Shown here piece after piece: positions 1 to 9,292 of a DNA stretch of 64,000 nt. Origin of the DNA: an uncultured Planctomycetia bacterium (lineage in GTDB: Bacteria > Planctomycetota > MHYJ01 > WSZJ01); assembly GCA_963706735.1 (NCBI GenBank), contig CAVPNQ010000072.1, positions 4,932 to 68,931 of the forward strand, written 5' to 3'. The translations under genes and the position numbers were made by a program. Within the stretch, counting starts at the first letter, position 1. Every line of letters begins with the position of its first letter. A model generated the notes under the pieces. That model was not told where the DNA came from, ran no database searches, and saw nothing but the letters and a program-made list of their open reading frames with translations.

Positions 1-11
1 AAGCCTCGGCC

Positions 12-1991
12 ATGAACCCGCGCAACGGCGGAACGCTCCAGCGCCTCCTCCAGTTCCACATCGACCACAACCAGCTCGACAAGGCCAAGGCCCTCGCGGC
101 CGACATCCTCAAGGCCCCGGCGCGGTTGATGGCCTACAGCGAAGCGACCCGCCGCTACCTCGCTTTCCTCGGCGGCGACAATGACGAGTGGACGAAGCCC
201 TGGGACATGGACGTGGCGCAGCTCGTCAAGGACGCCCCGTCCCCCGACAGCTTCGGCAAGACGCTCCACACCGCGGTGCTGTTCGAGCAGCGCCTCGTGC
301 GCGTCCTCGGCGCCGATTTCAAGTGGATCGAGGAAGACGAGCACCGCGTCGTCATGATCCTCTCCAAGGACGGCGGCGAGCAGTACGGCCAGCTCCCCCT
401 CGGCCGCGGCGACTGGGAACACTTCCGCATCCGCGAACTCCGCGTCTTCACCCCCGACGGCCGCATCCTCGAGGCCGACGACGCCCAGGACCGCGGCGGC
501 ATCCGCATGCCCGAACTCGAGCGCGGCGCCGTCCTCGAGTACCGCACGTCCCGCTCGCGCGGCCCCATCGGCGTCGATCAGCCCGCCTTCGCCGTCGAGG
601 CCCCCGGCGCTTTCCGTCACTTCAATGAGCCCGTCCGCCTCAGCCGCTACGTGGTCGTCATGCCCAAGGACGCGAACGTCCGCATGATCGCGAACCGCTT
701 CGACGAGGCCAAAGTCACCGAGACCGCGGACGCGAAGACGTACGCGTGGGAATTCCGCGACATGGCGGAGATCGAGGAAGAGCTGATGCCGGCGCCGGAG
801 GAGGAGTGGCTCCCGACGGTGCGGTTCCTGTCCGGCAAGCCGTCGATGGAAGCGGAGATCGAGGCGTTCCGGGGGCAGGCGCTCGGGTTGCCCGTGACGC
901 AGGACGTCGCGGCGAAGGCGGCGGAGCTGACGAAGGGCTGCGCGGACCGCGAGTCGAAGGTCCGGGCGATCTTCAAGTTCGTGGTGAGCGAGATCAAGGC
1001 CGGGCAGAACCGGGTCCCGAGCCACACGCTGGTCGAGAAGGAAGGCCAGGCGGACGACCTGTTCATGACGCTTCTGCGCGCTGCAGAGATCCCGTTCGGC
1101 GTCGCGTTCGCGCGCGTCCCGCGGCCGATGTGGCAGGAGTACGACCCCGAGCTCGGCCTGCCGCCGTACGGCACGCCGATCTTCCTCGTGCACCTCGACA
1201 AGTCCGACGTCTGGCTCTGGCCCAACCGCTGGAACAGCTGGGGCGCGCTTCCCAACAATCTCTACGGCGGCGACGCGATGGTCGTCGAGGGCCGTAACGT
1301 GAGCTTCAGGGACCTGCCGTCCACTTCGCTCGAGGACAAGGTGATCTCCGTGCGGCTGCACGCGAAGATCGACGAGAACGCGATGTCGGACGTCGGCGGG
1401 GCGCTCGTGTTCCGGCAGGGGATCGCCGGCATGGTGCGCAACCAGCTCGAGCAGGTCGTGGACGCCGCGCAGCTCAAGACGATCGTCCAGCAGCGCGCCA
1501 ACATGTTCTTCAAGGGCGTGACCGTCACGAGCACGAGCGTGAACGACTACGACCTCGACAACCCCGAGCTCGCGATCTCGTTCGAGGGGACCTGCAAGGG
1601 CTTCGCCCAGCGCAAGAAGGACAGCGACGTCATCACGTTCCGCGGGATGGCGCCGCCGCTCAACCTGTCGCAGCAGCTCATCCAGCAGACCGACCGCAAG
1701 CTGCCGATGAGGGCTTACTGGGCGCAGCAGGTCACGACCTACGGCACCATGACCGTCGAGCTCCCCGACTTCGCCGAAATCAAGGTCCCCGACAGCGTCT
1801 CCCTGGCCACCGAGTTCGGCACGTACAACCTCACCTACACGCTCGTCGGCCGCACGCTCACCGTCGAACGCCGCGCGCTCTTCAACTCGATGGACATCGC
1901 CCCCGCCCGCTGGAGCGCCCTGGGCGACATGCTCAAGGCGATTGATGATGCCGAGAAGCGGCAGGTGGTGTTGAGAGTGAAGGCGAAGTGA
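12..1991 (+). CDS. DUF3857/transglutaminase-like family protein (659 aa); reading frame is open to the 5' window edge, so N-terminus may be truncated
   Basis: Long ORF with ordinary amino-acid composition. The segment ...KGCADRESKVRAIFKFVV...DDLFMTLLRAAEIPFGVAFARVP resembles the Cys-containing core of transglutaminase-like/DUF3857 proteins. No stop occurs upstream in frame before position 1. Confidence 0.45.
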   Translation: MNPRNGGTLQRLLQFHIDHNQLDKAKALAADILKAPARLMAYSEATRRYLAFLGGDNDEWTKPWDMDVAQLVKDAPSPDSFGKTLHTAVLFEQRLVRVLGADFKWIEEDEHRVVMILSKDGGEQYGQLPLGRGDWEHFRIRELRVFTPDGRILEADDAQDRGGIRMPELERGAVLEYRTSRSRGPIGVDQPAFAVEAPGAFRHFNEPVRLSRYVVVMPKDANVRMIANRFDEAKVTETADAKTYAWEFRDMAEIEEELMPAPEEEWLPTVRFLSGKPSMEAEIEAFRGQALGLPVTQDVAAKAAELTKGCADRESKVRAIFKFVVSEIKAGQNRVPSHTLVEKEGQADDLFMTLLRAAEIPFGVAFARVPRPMWQEYDPELGLPPYGTPIFLVHLDKSDVWLWPNRWNSWGALPNNLYGGDAMVVEGRNVSFRDLPSTSLEDKVISVRLHAKIDENAMSDVGGALVFRQGIAGMVRNQLEQVVDAAQLKTIVQQRANMFFKGVTVTSTSVNDYDLDNPELAISFEGTCKGFAQRKKDSDVITFRGMAPPLNLSQQLIQQTDRKLPMRAYWAQQVTTYGTMTVELPDFAEIKVPDSVSLATEFGTYNLTYTLVGRTLTVERRALFNSMDIAPARWSALGDMLKAIDDAEKRQVVLRVKAK

Positions 1992-1993
1992 CC

Positions 1994-2032
1994 AGCGGCG
2001 AGCGGCGAGCGGCCAGTGGCCAGTGGCCAGTG
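1994..2032. repeat. Tandem heptamer repeat (AGCGGCG x3 then AGTGGCC x2.5) in the intergenic space
   Basis: Direct reading: agcggcg agcggcg agcggcc agtggcc agtggcc agtg, immediately after the stop codon at 1989-1991. Confidence 0.7.
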
Positions 2033-2058
2033 AAAGGCACCGCCGGGCAGAGTGACAC

Positions 2059-2385
2059 GTGGCGGAGCTGAACTACTGTCCGTATTGTTCCGGCAAATTG
2101 CTGGTTCGTGCTGACGGGGAGGGCTCGTGTTCTGTCATGGGCTCGAGATTCTCAGTCCACGCGATCGAGCGGCTGCGAGAAATCTGTGCGACGCCGGAAG
2201 TCATGGTCGTTTCCAACCCGACACCAGTGGCGTCCGGCCCCTTGTGGTTCTGTCCGGCATGCGCGAGTCGAATGATCCGTCATGGCGATCGCGACGTGTC
2301 CTGCTCGACCTGTGGCCGGAAACTCGCGTTTCAGGTGATCTACGAATTGATCGAGCGCAATCCGCACAACCTCCCCTCCAGATAA
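2059..2385 (+). CDS. Small zinc-ribbon protein (108 aa) with two Cys clusters (CPYC...C and CPAC...CSTC); atypical low-GC codon usage
   Basis: ORF MAELNYCPYCSGK...WFCPACASRM...CSTCGRKLAF. Codons such as aaa, ttg, gtt, cgt and tat are rare elsewhere in the window, and local GC is visibly lower (~57%). Confidence 0.45.
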   Translation: MAELNYCPYCSGKLLVRADGEGSCSVMGSRFSVHAIERLREICATPEVMVVSNPTPVASGPLWFCPACASRMIRHGDRDVSCSTCGRKLAFQVIYELIERNPHNLPSR

Positions 2386-2427
2386 GGCACTCCCGCGCCG
2401 CACGCGCAGCAGGCGTGGGGCCGTGCC

Positions 2428-3336
2428 TCACCGGCCGCTGGCCGCTCGCCGCTGGTCACTCGCCGTTCCCAGCTGCATCCACTGCGCGCTCTTCGCCGCG
2501 CCGAGGCGGCCTCTCGCGTCCACGCCTATGATGCCGCACTCCACGCCACGCTTCAGCGCGTACTTCGCCGTCGCGTCGAGCGCCTCCTGGCAGGGCATCT
2601 GCTTCATCAGGTCCACGGCATGGCGGCCCAGGCAGAGGCGCATCACTCCTTCGCCGTGGCCCGTCATCGAGATCGCGCCGAAGCGGTTGGCGCAGGTCCC
2701 GGCGCCGGGAATCGGCGAGTCGCCGACACGCCCGGGGAGCTTCATCCAGATGCCGCCCGTGGACGTCGCCGCGGCGAAGCGGCCGCGCCCGTCGATGGCG
2801 CACGCGCCCACCGTCTCGTACATGCCGTAGGCCTTGCGCCATTTGGCCATGCGTTTCCAGAAGCGGAAGTTGGGACCGTCGCGGCCGCAGCGGAGGTCGT
2901 CGCGGAGCTTCTTCCAGACGGCGACGCGCTCCGGGGTGCGGGGCTCGATGTCGGGGTGGCCCATGAGGCGGGCGAAGCGGGTGGCGCCGTTGCCGACGAG
3001 GAGGTGGTGGTCGGTTTTCTCCATGACGGCGCGGGCGACGGAGACGGGGTGCTGCGTCCGGCGGAGGCCGGCGACGGCGCCGACGCGGCCGTCGTCGGTC
3101 ATGAAGCAGGCATCGAGCTCGCACTGGCCCTCGAGGGTGAGGACGGAGCCGATGGCGGCGTCGAACATCGGGTGGTCCTCGAGGACGCGGATCGAGCGCT
3201 CGATCATGTCGACGGCCGTGCGGCCGCGCATTCCCTCCTGGGCAGCCCGGTCGAGCACGGACTGGCGCTCGCCTGTCGGGCCCGTGGGGCCGAGGCCGGC
3301 GCCTCCGTGGCAGATGAGGGACTTCGTGAAGCTCAT
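2428..3336 (-). CDS. Isoaspartyl peptidase / L-asparaginase (Ntn-hydrolase, asparaginase_2 family), copy 1
   Basis: HGGAG N-terminal motif, the TSTGG autoprocessing/nucleophile region and GHGE are all present. Start chosen at the internal Met (MSFTKSLICHGGAG). The ATG overlaps the stop of copy 2 (ATGA). Confidence 0.8.
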   Translation of the reverse strand: MSFTKSLICHGGAGLGPTGPTGERQSVLDRAAQEGMRGRTAVDMIERSIRVLEDHPMFDAAIGSVLTLEGQCELDACFMTDDGRVGAVAGLRRTQHPVSVARAVMEKTDHHLLVGNGATRFARLMGHPDIEPRTPERVAVWKKLRDDLRCGRDGPNFRFWKRMAKWRKAYGMYETVGACAIDGRGRFAAATSTGGIWMKLPGRVGDSPIPGAGTCANRFGAISMTGHGEGVMRLCLGRHAVDLMKQMPCQEALDATAKYALKRGVECGIIGVDARGRLGAAKSAQWMQLGTASDQRRAASGR

Positions 3337-4232
3337 GATCGCGCGGTCGGCATCCACTCGGCACATGTGGCGGCGCCCGGGCGGCCCTTCGCGTCCACCC
3401 CGATCAGCCCGGCTTCGACCCCTTCGCGACGCGCGAAGGCGATGGCGCGCTCGAGGGCTTTCTGGCAGGGAAGCGCCTTCATGAGGTCGCAGGCGTGTTT
3501 CGCGAGGCCGATGCGGAGGATTCCCTCGCCGTGGCCGGTCGCGGAGACGGCACCGTGCTCGCAGGCGTAGGTCCCGCCACCGAGCACCGCCGAATCACCG
3601 ACGCGCCCCGGGAGCTTGAGCCAGATCCCGCCGGTGGAAGTCGCCACCGCGATCCGGCCCTTCGCGTCGCACGCCACCGCGCCGATCGTGGAGTGATGCC
3701 CGCGCTCCTCGCGCGGAAGGTAGCGCTCCATCCACACGCGCGTCCGGGTCCAGTAGCGGTCTTCCGCTGCCTTTTCCCCGGCCCGCAGCTTCGCCACGAG
3801 CTCTTTCCACCGCTTCCGCCGCTCCGGCGTCCGCGGGTCGTACTTCCCGAACCCCGCGTGCCTCGCAAACGTCGTCGCTCCTTCGCCGACCAGCAGGTGA
3901 TGGTCCGTCTGCTCCATCACCGCCCGCGCGACCGACACCGGGTGCCGCACCCCCGTGATCCCGCCGACAGCGCCGGCTTGCAGGTCCCCCGTCATCACCG
4001 CCGCGTCCATCTCCACCTTCCCCTCCAGCGTCAGCACGCTTCCCGTGCCCGCGTTGAAGAAGGTCGAGTCCTCCAGGAACCGCGCCGCGCGCTCGACCAT
4101 GTCCACGGCCGTCCGGCCGCGCAGGCCTTCCACGACCGCGCGCGCCAGCGCCGCGTCCCGCCCCTCGGGCAAGACCCGCGGGCGACGGCCGCATCCGCCG
4201 TGAACGAGAAGAGTTTTCCGGGGTGTGGGCAT
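3333..4232 (-). CDS. Isoaspartyl peptidase / L-asparaginase, copy 2 (tandem paralog)
   Basis: LLVHGGCG...ATSTGGIW...ATGHGE shows the same family signatures as copy 1. Start is uncertain (Met at 4232 or 4274). The upstream part of the six-frame ORF is R-rich and unlikely to be translated. Confidence 0.75.
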   Translation of the reverse strand: MPTPRKTLLVHGGCGRRPRVLPEGRDAALARAVVEGLRGRTAVDMVERAARFLEDSTFFNAGTGSVLTLEGKVEMDAAVMTGDLQAGAVGGITGVRHPVSVARAVMEQTDHHLLVGEGATTFARHAGFGKYDPRTPERRKRWKELVAKLRAGEKAAEDRYWTRTRVWMERYLPREERGHHSTIGAVACDAKGRIAVATSTGGIWLKLPGRVGDSAVLGGGTYACEHGAVSATGHGEGILRIGLAKHACDLMKALPCQKALERAIAFARREGVEAGLIGVDAKGRPGAATCAEWMPTARS

Positions 4233-4435
4233 GGCGGAGCGGGGAGGGTAGCACCCTCCTCGTGGAAGTGTCATCGGCCGGGAGACGGGGTGATCTTGAC
4301 CCGCGCCGAGGACGTCGGCGTAAAGTCTCCGGGGGATAGCACTTCCGGCGGACCTTCGACCGCGCAAAACCCCGAAATTGGCTCCAAACCGGCCCGCCTC
4401 CATGATAAAGTGGCCCTTCCACTCCAGGAGGATCC

Positions 4436-5848
4436 ATGGTCGACCAGAATCACCTCGTAAACATCGCGCGCGCGATCGAAAAGGGAACGCGCGTGGCCAC
4501 GCTGGACGAGCTGAAGGCGAAGGGGCAGAGCTCGTTCAAGGTCATCAACGCCGCCAAGATCATGGAGCTGATCAAGGAAGCGGTGGACATGGCGGTGGAC
4601 TCCATGGCGGGGCAGAAGCTGACTGGCGAGAAGGAGAAGCTTCAGGCCCTGGCGAAGAAGGAATTTGACGACCTGTTGAAGCGGTACCAGGACACGCAGA
4701 AGACGAAGGGTGAGATCGAGGGGCAGGCCGCGAAGATGCAGGCGGAGATCGACGCGGTGGCGGCGATGCTGGCGGGCGGCGGCGGTGCGGACGCGGCGAA
4801 GATGGGGCTGGCGGGGATTTCCGGGCAGATTGCGCAGCTGGTGCAGAAGCTGCAGGCGTCGGAAAAGAGCCGGATCGACCTGGCGCTCGAGAAGAAGAAG
4901 ACGGACGACGCGCTGGAGGCACTGAAAAAGCAGTATGCCGGTCTGGAACAGGAGAAGGCGGCGGCGGTCGAGACCGGGCAGGGGATGTCGCAGGCGGTGG
5001 ACAAGGCGTACAGCAAGATCGACGCCGGGCTTGGACAGAAGGCGCGGGAGATGGGACTGGTCTCCGGCCCCGAGCCGCGGACGCCCGAGGAAAAGATGGA
5101 GCGCCTCGCGCAGATCGCGCAGGCGGCGGTCGAAGGGATCGAGAAGGAGCGGGCCGAGAAGGCGGATGCGAAGAAGCAGCTCGCCGACCTGGTCGTGAAG
5201 ATCCAGACGGCCGAGCGCGAGCTGGCGCAGGCGAAGCAGGACCTCGCGCAGGTCCGGCAGGAGCTGGCCACGACGCAGTCGAAGGGAAAACTTCTCGAGG
5301 CGGAGCTGTCCACGACGTCCGGGAACAAGTCGTCCGTCGAGAAGGAACTCTCCCAGGCGCGGCAGGAACTGGCGCAGACCAAGGGAGCCAAGCAGCAGGT
5401 CGAACAGACCCTCGCCCAGACGCAGGCCAGAAAGGCCGCTTCCGAGAAGGAACTCGGCGAGCTGCAGGAGTTCAAGAAGCAGCTCGAGGCGAAGGTCGAG
5501 GAGTCCGGCGAGCAGTACGCCGAGGTGCACCAGATGATGGCCCGCATCGGCCAGCGCGCGGACGACCTTATCCGCGAGGTCGAGAGCGGCCGCCTCAAGC
5601 ACCTGAAGCCCGAAGAAAAGAAGATCATCGTCGAGGCGATGAACGCCATCAACGAGGACCTGAAGAAGCTGCAGGACGAGCGGGCGTTCCTGGAGAAGAA
5701 GCTGTTCTACATGAGCATGACGATCGACAGCCTCGAGGCGGAGCTGCTGGCGGCCAAGGGGCTGACGCCGTCGGTCGGCGGAAGCGCCCACCTGAAGGAC
5801 GACGGGCTGCAGATCATTTTCGACGAAGCGGGAGTGGCGGCGTTGTAG
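4436..5848 (+). CDS. Coiled-coil protein (470 aa), function unknown
   Basis: GGAGG ribosome-binding site 8 nt upstream of the ATG. The protein is dominated by E/K/Q/A/L heptad-like repeats (ELAQAKQDLAQVRQELA...). It is followed by a rho-independent terminator. The antisense 626-aa ORF is R/L-rich shadow. Confidence 0.6.
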   Translation: MVDQNHLVNIARAIEKGTRVATLDELKAKGQSSFKVINAAKIMELIKEAVDMAVDSMAGQKLTGEKEKLQALAKKEFDDLLKRYQDTQKTKGEIEGQAAKMQAEIDAVAAMLAGGGGADAAKMGLAGISGQIAQLVQKLQASEKSRIDLALEKKKTDDALEALKKQYAGLEQEKAAAVETGQGMSQAVDKAYSKIDAGLGQKAREMGLVSGPEPRTPEEKMERLAQIAQAAVEGIEKERAEKADAKKQLADLVVKIQTAERELAQAKQDLAQVRQELATTQSKGKLLEAELSTTSGNKSSVEKELSQARQELAQTKGAKQQVEQTLAQTQARKAASEKELGELQEFKKQLEAKVEESGEQYAEVHQMMARIGQRADDLIREVESGRLKHLKPEEKKIIVEAMNAINEDLKKLQDERAFLEKKLFYMSMTIDSLEAELLAAKGLTPSVGGSAHLKDDGLQIIFDEAGVAAL

Positions 5849-5871
5849 GTCCCCGGAAGGTCGATCCACCA

Positions 5872-5908
5872 CCGCCCGGAGGTCTTCACGATCCGGGCGG
5901 TTTTTTTT
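5872..5908 (+). terminator. Rho-independent terminator
   Basis: Stem ccgcccgga / tccgggcgg (9 bp) with an 11-nt loop, followed by T8. It lies 24 nt after the stop of the coiled-coil gene. Confidence 0.8.
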
Positions 5909-5920
5909 CTGCGAGGGAGC

Positions 5921-6244
5921 ATGCCCGAGCACGCCGTGGTCCTGATGACCGCGCCCGACGCGGCGGCCGCCGAGCGCATAGCGCGGGCGCTGGTCGAAGA
6001 GCGGCTGGCCGCGTGCGTCAACATCGTGCCCGAGGTCCGCAGCGTCTACCGGTGGGAAGGGAAGGTCGAGGAGTCCCGCGAAGTGATGCTGGTCGCCAAG
6101 ACGCGGCAGTCGCTGTTCGCGAGGCTTGAAGCCCGCGTGCGCGAGCTTCACCCCTACGAAGTCCCCGAAATCGTCTCGATGCCTCTCACCGACGGCTCCC
6201 GTCCGTATCTTTCATGGCTGGACCAGTCGGTCCTTCCCGCGTGA
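5921..6244 (+). CDS. cutA: Divalent-cation tolerance protein CutA
   Basis: 107 aa containing the CutA1 signature ...CVNIVPEVRSVYRWEGKVEESREVMLVAKT... Confidence 0.85.
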   Translation: MPEHAVVLMTAPDAAAAERIARALVEERLAACVNIVPEVRSVYRWEGKVEESREVMLVAKTRQSLFARLEARVRELHPYEVPEIVSMPLTDGSRPYLSWLDQSVLPA

Positions 6245-8367
6245 AACACCTCCTCGCCACCGTCCTTGCCCTCGCCCTCGCCCCCGCGCTCGCCGCGGCC
6301 GACTCGGAATCCGTGTTTTTCGACGAGGAGAGCGACGTGACGGCGCTGGTGGAGAAGGGGGATGAAGCGCTGAAGAAGGGGGACTGGGAGGGGGCGATCG
6401 ACGCCTGGCAGAAAGTCCTGGGGGACTTCCCGAACTCGGTTCTGCCTGCGGAGGACGGGATCTGGCTGCCCGCGACCGTGACGTGCTCCAGGAAGCTCGC
6501 GGCGCTTCCGCCCCCGGCGATCGCAGCGTACCGCGACCGGTTTGAGGCGCAGGCGGCGCAGAAGCTGTCGCTGGGGACGCTGGAGGGGATGCGGGTCGCC
6601 GCGGAGCGCTTCTTCTGCACGGACTCGGGCGGCGTGGCGATGGAGCGGCTGGGCGGCATGTACGCCGACGCGGGATCGATCGAGCTGGCGGTGAGGTGCT
6701 GGGAAGAAGTCGTGGAGAGGCATCCGGCGAAGAAGGCGACACCCGCGACGGTGGCGCGGCTGGGGCTGGCCTACGTGCGGCTGGGGTTCAAGGAGAAGGC
6801 GAGTGGGCTTGTCGCGAGGTTCGGGGAGCTCAAGGTAAAGGCTCGGGGGGCCCCTGCGACGATCGCGGATGTGATGAAAGACGCGCGGGTGGCGAAGGCG
6901 CTGCCCCCGCGCACGTCCGTGATTCTGCCGGACCTGACGTTCGGGGACATACCGGAGTCCGCGCCGGAGCCGAAGAGCGTCAAGTGGCGGCTCGAGCTGG
7001 GGATCAAGACCGACGAGCGGGTGGCGCCCAACGTCTGGGTCCGCCGCGGCGGCGGGCTCGGATCGCTTCAGACCTACCCTTCCGTCTCGGGCGGAAACCT
7101 GTTCGTCAACCTGGGCCGCTGCCTGATTGCGCTCGACAGCGCGACGGGGGAGTTCCAGTGGCGCATCGGGGAGCCGCTGGGCGACATCGCGCCGGGGAAG
7201 GCGTTCAAGCTGCCCGAGGGGTTCTTCCAGAGCGTGACGCCGGAATTCTGGGGGCACCGGTGGTACGCGGTGATTTCCGACGGGGTCCTGTACGCAAATC
7301 TCACGAAGACGGGGAAGTGGTGCCAGCTGCGGGCGATCCGGGTGAAGGATGCGCGGCTGGCGTGGGGGCCGGAGGCGGGGATCGTGCCGGACTTCGACCT
7401 GACGGGGCCGCCGATGCCCTGGAACGACCATGTTTACGTGGGAGGCACGCCCCGGGAGGAGACGAAGCGCGGGGAGGTGTGGCTGTTCGCGTTCAACCGG
7501 AAAACGGGGGCGCTGGAGTGGAAGACGTTCATTTCGGCGTACCAGCAGCAGGGGAACCGGTGGGGCGGTGCGTCGGAGATGCCCGTCTTTGCGCCTGTGA
7601 TCGCAGCCTCCGGGAGCTACGTCTACATCTGCACGAACAACGGGGCGCTGGCGTGCGTCGGCCACACGGGCCAGATCGTGTGGGCGACCAAGTACCCCAA
7701 GCCCGTGAACTACAACCCGTGGGGCTGGATGGAGCAGGCCGTCGAGGACACCTGGGACCTGAGCCCCATCTTCGCGAGCGGGCGCGACCTGGTGTTCCTG
7801 CCGGCGGACGGGACGCACTGCTGCCGCGTGGACGCGCTGACGGGCCGGGGCTACCTCGCGCCGGCCGACACTTCCAAGCGCGTCGACTACCCGCTGAAGG
7901 CGATGTCCGTCGTCGCCCGCGAGCGCTGCCGCCATCTCGTCGCCATCCGCGGCGACGTCGCGACGCTTCTCGGCAAGGAGTGCAAGGAGTACGACCTGAA
8001 GGACCCGCACATCGTGGACAAGGCATTCGCGGATCTCCCTGACAAGGTGGCCTACTGCGGGCGCGGCCTCATCACCAGCACCCAGGTGTTCGTGCCGGTG
8101 CGCGGCGCAAAACCGCGACTGTTCGTCTACGACCGCAAGTTCGCCACGCGCCGCGAAATCCCGTGGCCGGCCGCAGGTTCCCCGGGAACGCTCATGCTCG
8201 CCGGGAAACTCCTGCTCTCCGTCTCGCCGCACGAAATCGTCGCGCTGTCCGACGAGCCGCCCAGGGAAGAGCCTGAAGCGCCCGAGGACGGGGGCAGGAA
8301 GCCGGGCGACGGGGAAATCCCGCCTCCCGATCCCGACGACACCGACCACAACGAAGACCCCCGATAA
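6241..8367 (+). CDS. Secreted protein with N-terminal TPR-like region and PQQ-like beta-propeller repeats
   Basis: Signal peptide VKHLLATVLALALAPALAAADSE (GTG start overlapping the cutA stop). Repeated motifs ...DSATGEFQWR, GALEWKT, GQIVWATKY are typical of PQQ/BamB-like propeller blades. The C-terminus is acidic and Pro-rich. Confidence 0.7.
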   Translation: MKHLLATVLALALAPALAAADSESVFFDEESDVTALVEKGDEALKKGDWEGAIDAWQKVLGDFPNSVLPAEDGIWLPATVTCSRKLAALPPPAIAAYRDRFEAQAAQKLSLGTLEGMRVAAERFFCTDSGGVAMERLGGMYADAGSIELAVRCWEEVVERHPAKKATPATVARLGLAYVRLGFKEKASGLVARFGELKVKARGAPATIADVMKDARVAKALPPRTSVILPDLTFGDIPESAPEPKSVKWRLELGIKTDERVAPNVWVRRGGGLGSLQTYPSVSGGNLFVNLGRCLIALDSATGEFQWRIGEPLGDIAPGKAFKLPEGFFQSVTPEFWGHRWYAVISDGVLYANLTKTGKWCQLRAIRVKDARLAWGPEAGIVPDFDLTGPPMPWNDHVYVGGTPREETKRGEVWLFAFNRKTGALEWKTFISAYQQQGNRWGGASEMPVFAPVIAASGSYVYICTNNGALACVGHTGQIVWATKYPKPVNYNPWGWMEQAVEDTWDLSPIFASGRDLVFLPADGTHCCRVDALTGRGYLAPADTSKRVDYPLKAMSVVARERCRHLVAIRGDVATLLGKECKEYDLKDPHIVDKAFADLPDKVAYCGRGLITSTQVFVPVRGAKPRLFVYDRKFATRREIPWPAAGSPGTLMLAGKLLLSVSPHEIVALSDEPPREEPEAPEDGGRKPGDGEIPPPDPDDTDHNEDPR

Positions 8368-8423
8368 CCGCAGCGGCCGGGAACGTTCCCCGGCGCATCC
8401 CCACCCATTCGAGGCCTACCGAC

Positions 8424-9242
8424 ATGCGACCCATCCTCGCCACCGTCACGCTTCTCGCTCTCGCCGCAACCGCTTCACTCGCCGAAGACCGCAATTCGAT
8501 CACGGTGCGCGGCAGGGGAACGGTGCGGGTGCGCCCGGACAAGCTGATCCTGGTCGTCGGCGCCACGGGCAAAGCGGAGAAGGCGACGGACGCCGTGGAG
8601 AAGCTCGGGAAGAAGCGCGCGGAGATTTCCGACGCGATCAAGAAGGTGCTGGACGGGAAGCAGGGGCTGGCCTCGAACGTGAAGGACTCGGGGCTGACGT
8701 TTGGGGGCGCCGTGGACGAGATGGCGCAGATGCGGATGCTGGGCGGCCAGCAGCAGGAAGCGGCGGGCGAGACGACGGTGACGACGGAGATGGAGATCAC
8801 CGTGGCCGGGATCGACAAGATGGCGGACGCGGACCTGGCGGCGATCATCAGCGCGCTGATCGACAAGACGTCGGAAGCGGGCGCGGAGATGAAGGCTGCG
8901 GGCAACCGGTACAACCCGTTCCTCGGCGGCGGCACGGGCACCCAGGGCGTGTTCTTCGGGTTCTCGGACTACGACGCGCAGGTCGACAAGGCGTGGGACG
9001 AGGCGGCGAAGAAGGCGAAGGAGCGCGCCGAGGCGATCGCGAAGCGGCTCGGTCTGGGCGTCGGCGATGCGGTGCGCGTGAAGGACGTGACGGGCGAGGG
9101 ATCCGCGGCCATGAAGGCGGTCAATCCGTACGCGGCGATGATGGGCCTGGGCGGCGAGGAGGACGGGCCGAAGATCAAGTCGAGCGGCGAGATGGAGCTG
9201 GCGGTGGAGATGGAAGTCGAGTTCGAGCTGAAGAAGAAGTAG
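8424..9242 (+). CDS. SIMPL-domain (DUF541) periplasmic protein
   Basis: Signal peptide followed by ITVRGRGTVRVRPD, the characteristic opening of the SIMPL fold. Size is 272 aa. Followed by a terminator. Confidence 0.65.
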   Translation: MRPILATVTLLALAATASLAEDRNSITVRGRGTVRVRPDKLILVVGATGKAEKATDAVEKLGKKRAEISDAIKKVLDGKQGLASNVKDSGLTFGGAVDEMAQMRMLGGQQQEAAGETTVTTEMEITVAGIDKMADADLAAIISALIDKTSEAGAEMKAAGNRYNPFLGGGTGTQGVFFGFSDYDAQVDKAWDEAAKKAKERAEAIAKRLGLGVGDAVRVKDVTGEGSAAMKAVNPYAAMMGLGGEEDGPKIKSSGEMELAVEMEVEFELKKK

Positions 9243-9263
9243 CGGCGGAGAGACGACCTGGAA

Positions 9264-9291
9264 GCCCGGCCAGCGTGGCCGGGCTTTTTTT
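9264..9291 (+). terminator. Rho-independent terminator
   Basis: gcccggcc-agcgt-ggccgggc followed by T7, 22 nt after the stop at 9242. Confidence 0.8.
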
Positions 9292-9292
9292 G

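Noticed and set aside
4271-6151. 626-aa minus-strand ORF overlapping the coiled-coil gene and cutA
   Set aside because: Antisense to two well-supported genes. Translation is L/R/G-rich low-complexity sequence typical of shadow frames in high-GC DNA. No ribosome-binding site.
6154-8349. 731-aa minus-strand ORF (and the +2 frame ORF 6696-8042) overlapping the TPR/PQQ gene
   Set aside because: R/P/G-rich shadow frames. The plus-strand frame carries a signal peptide and repeat motifs.
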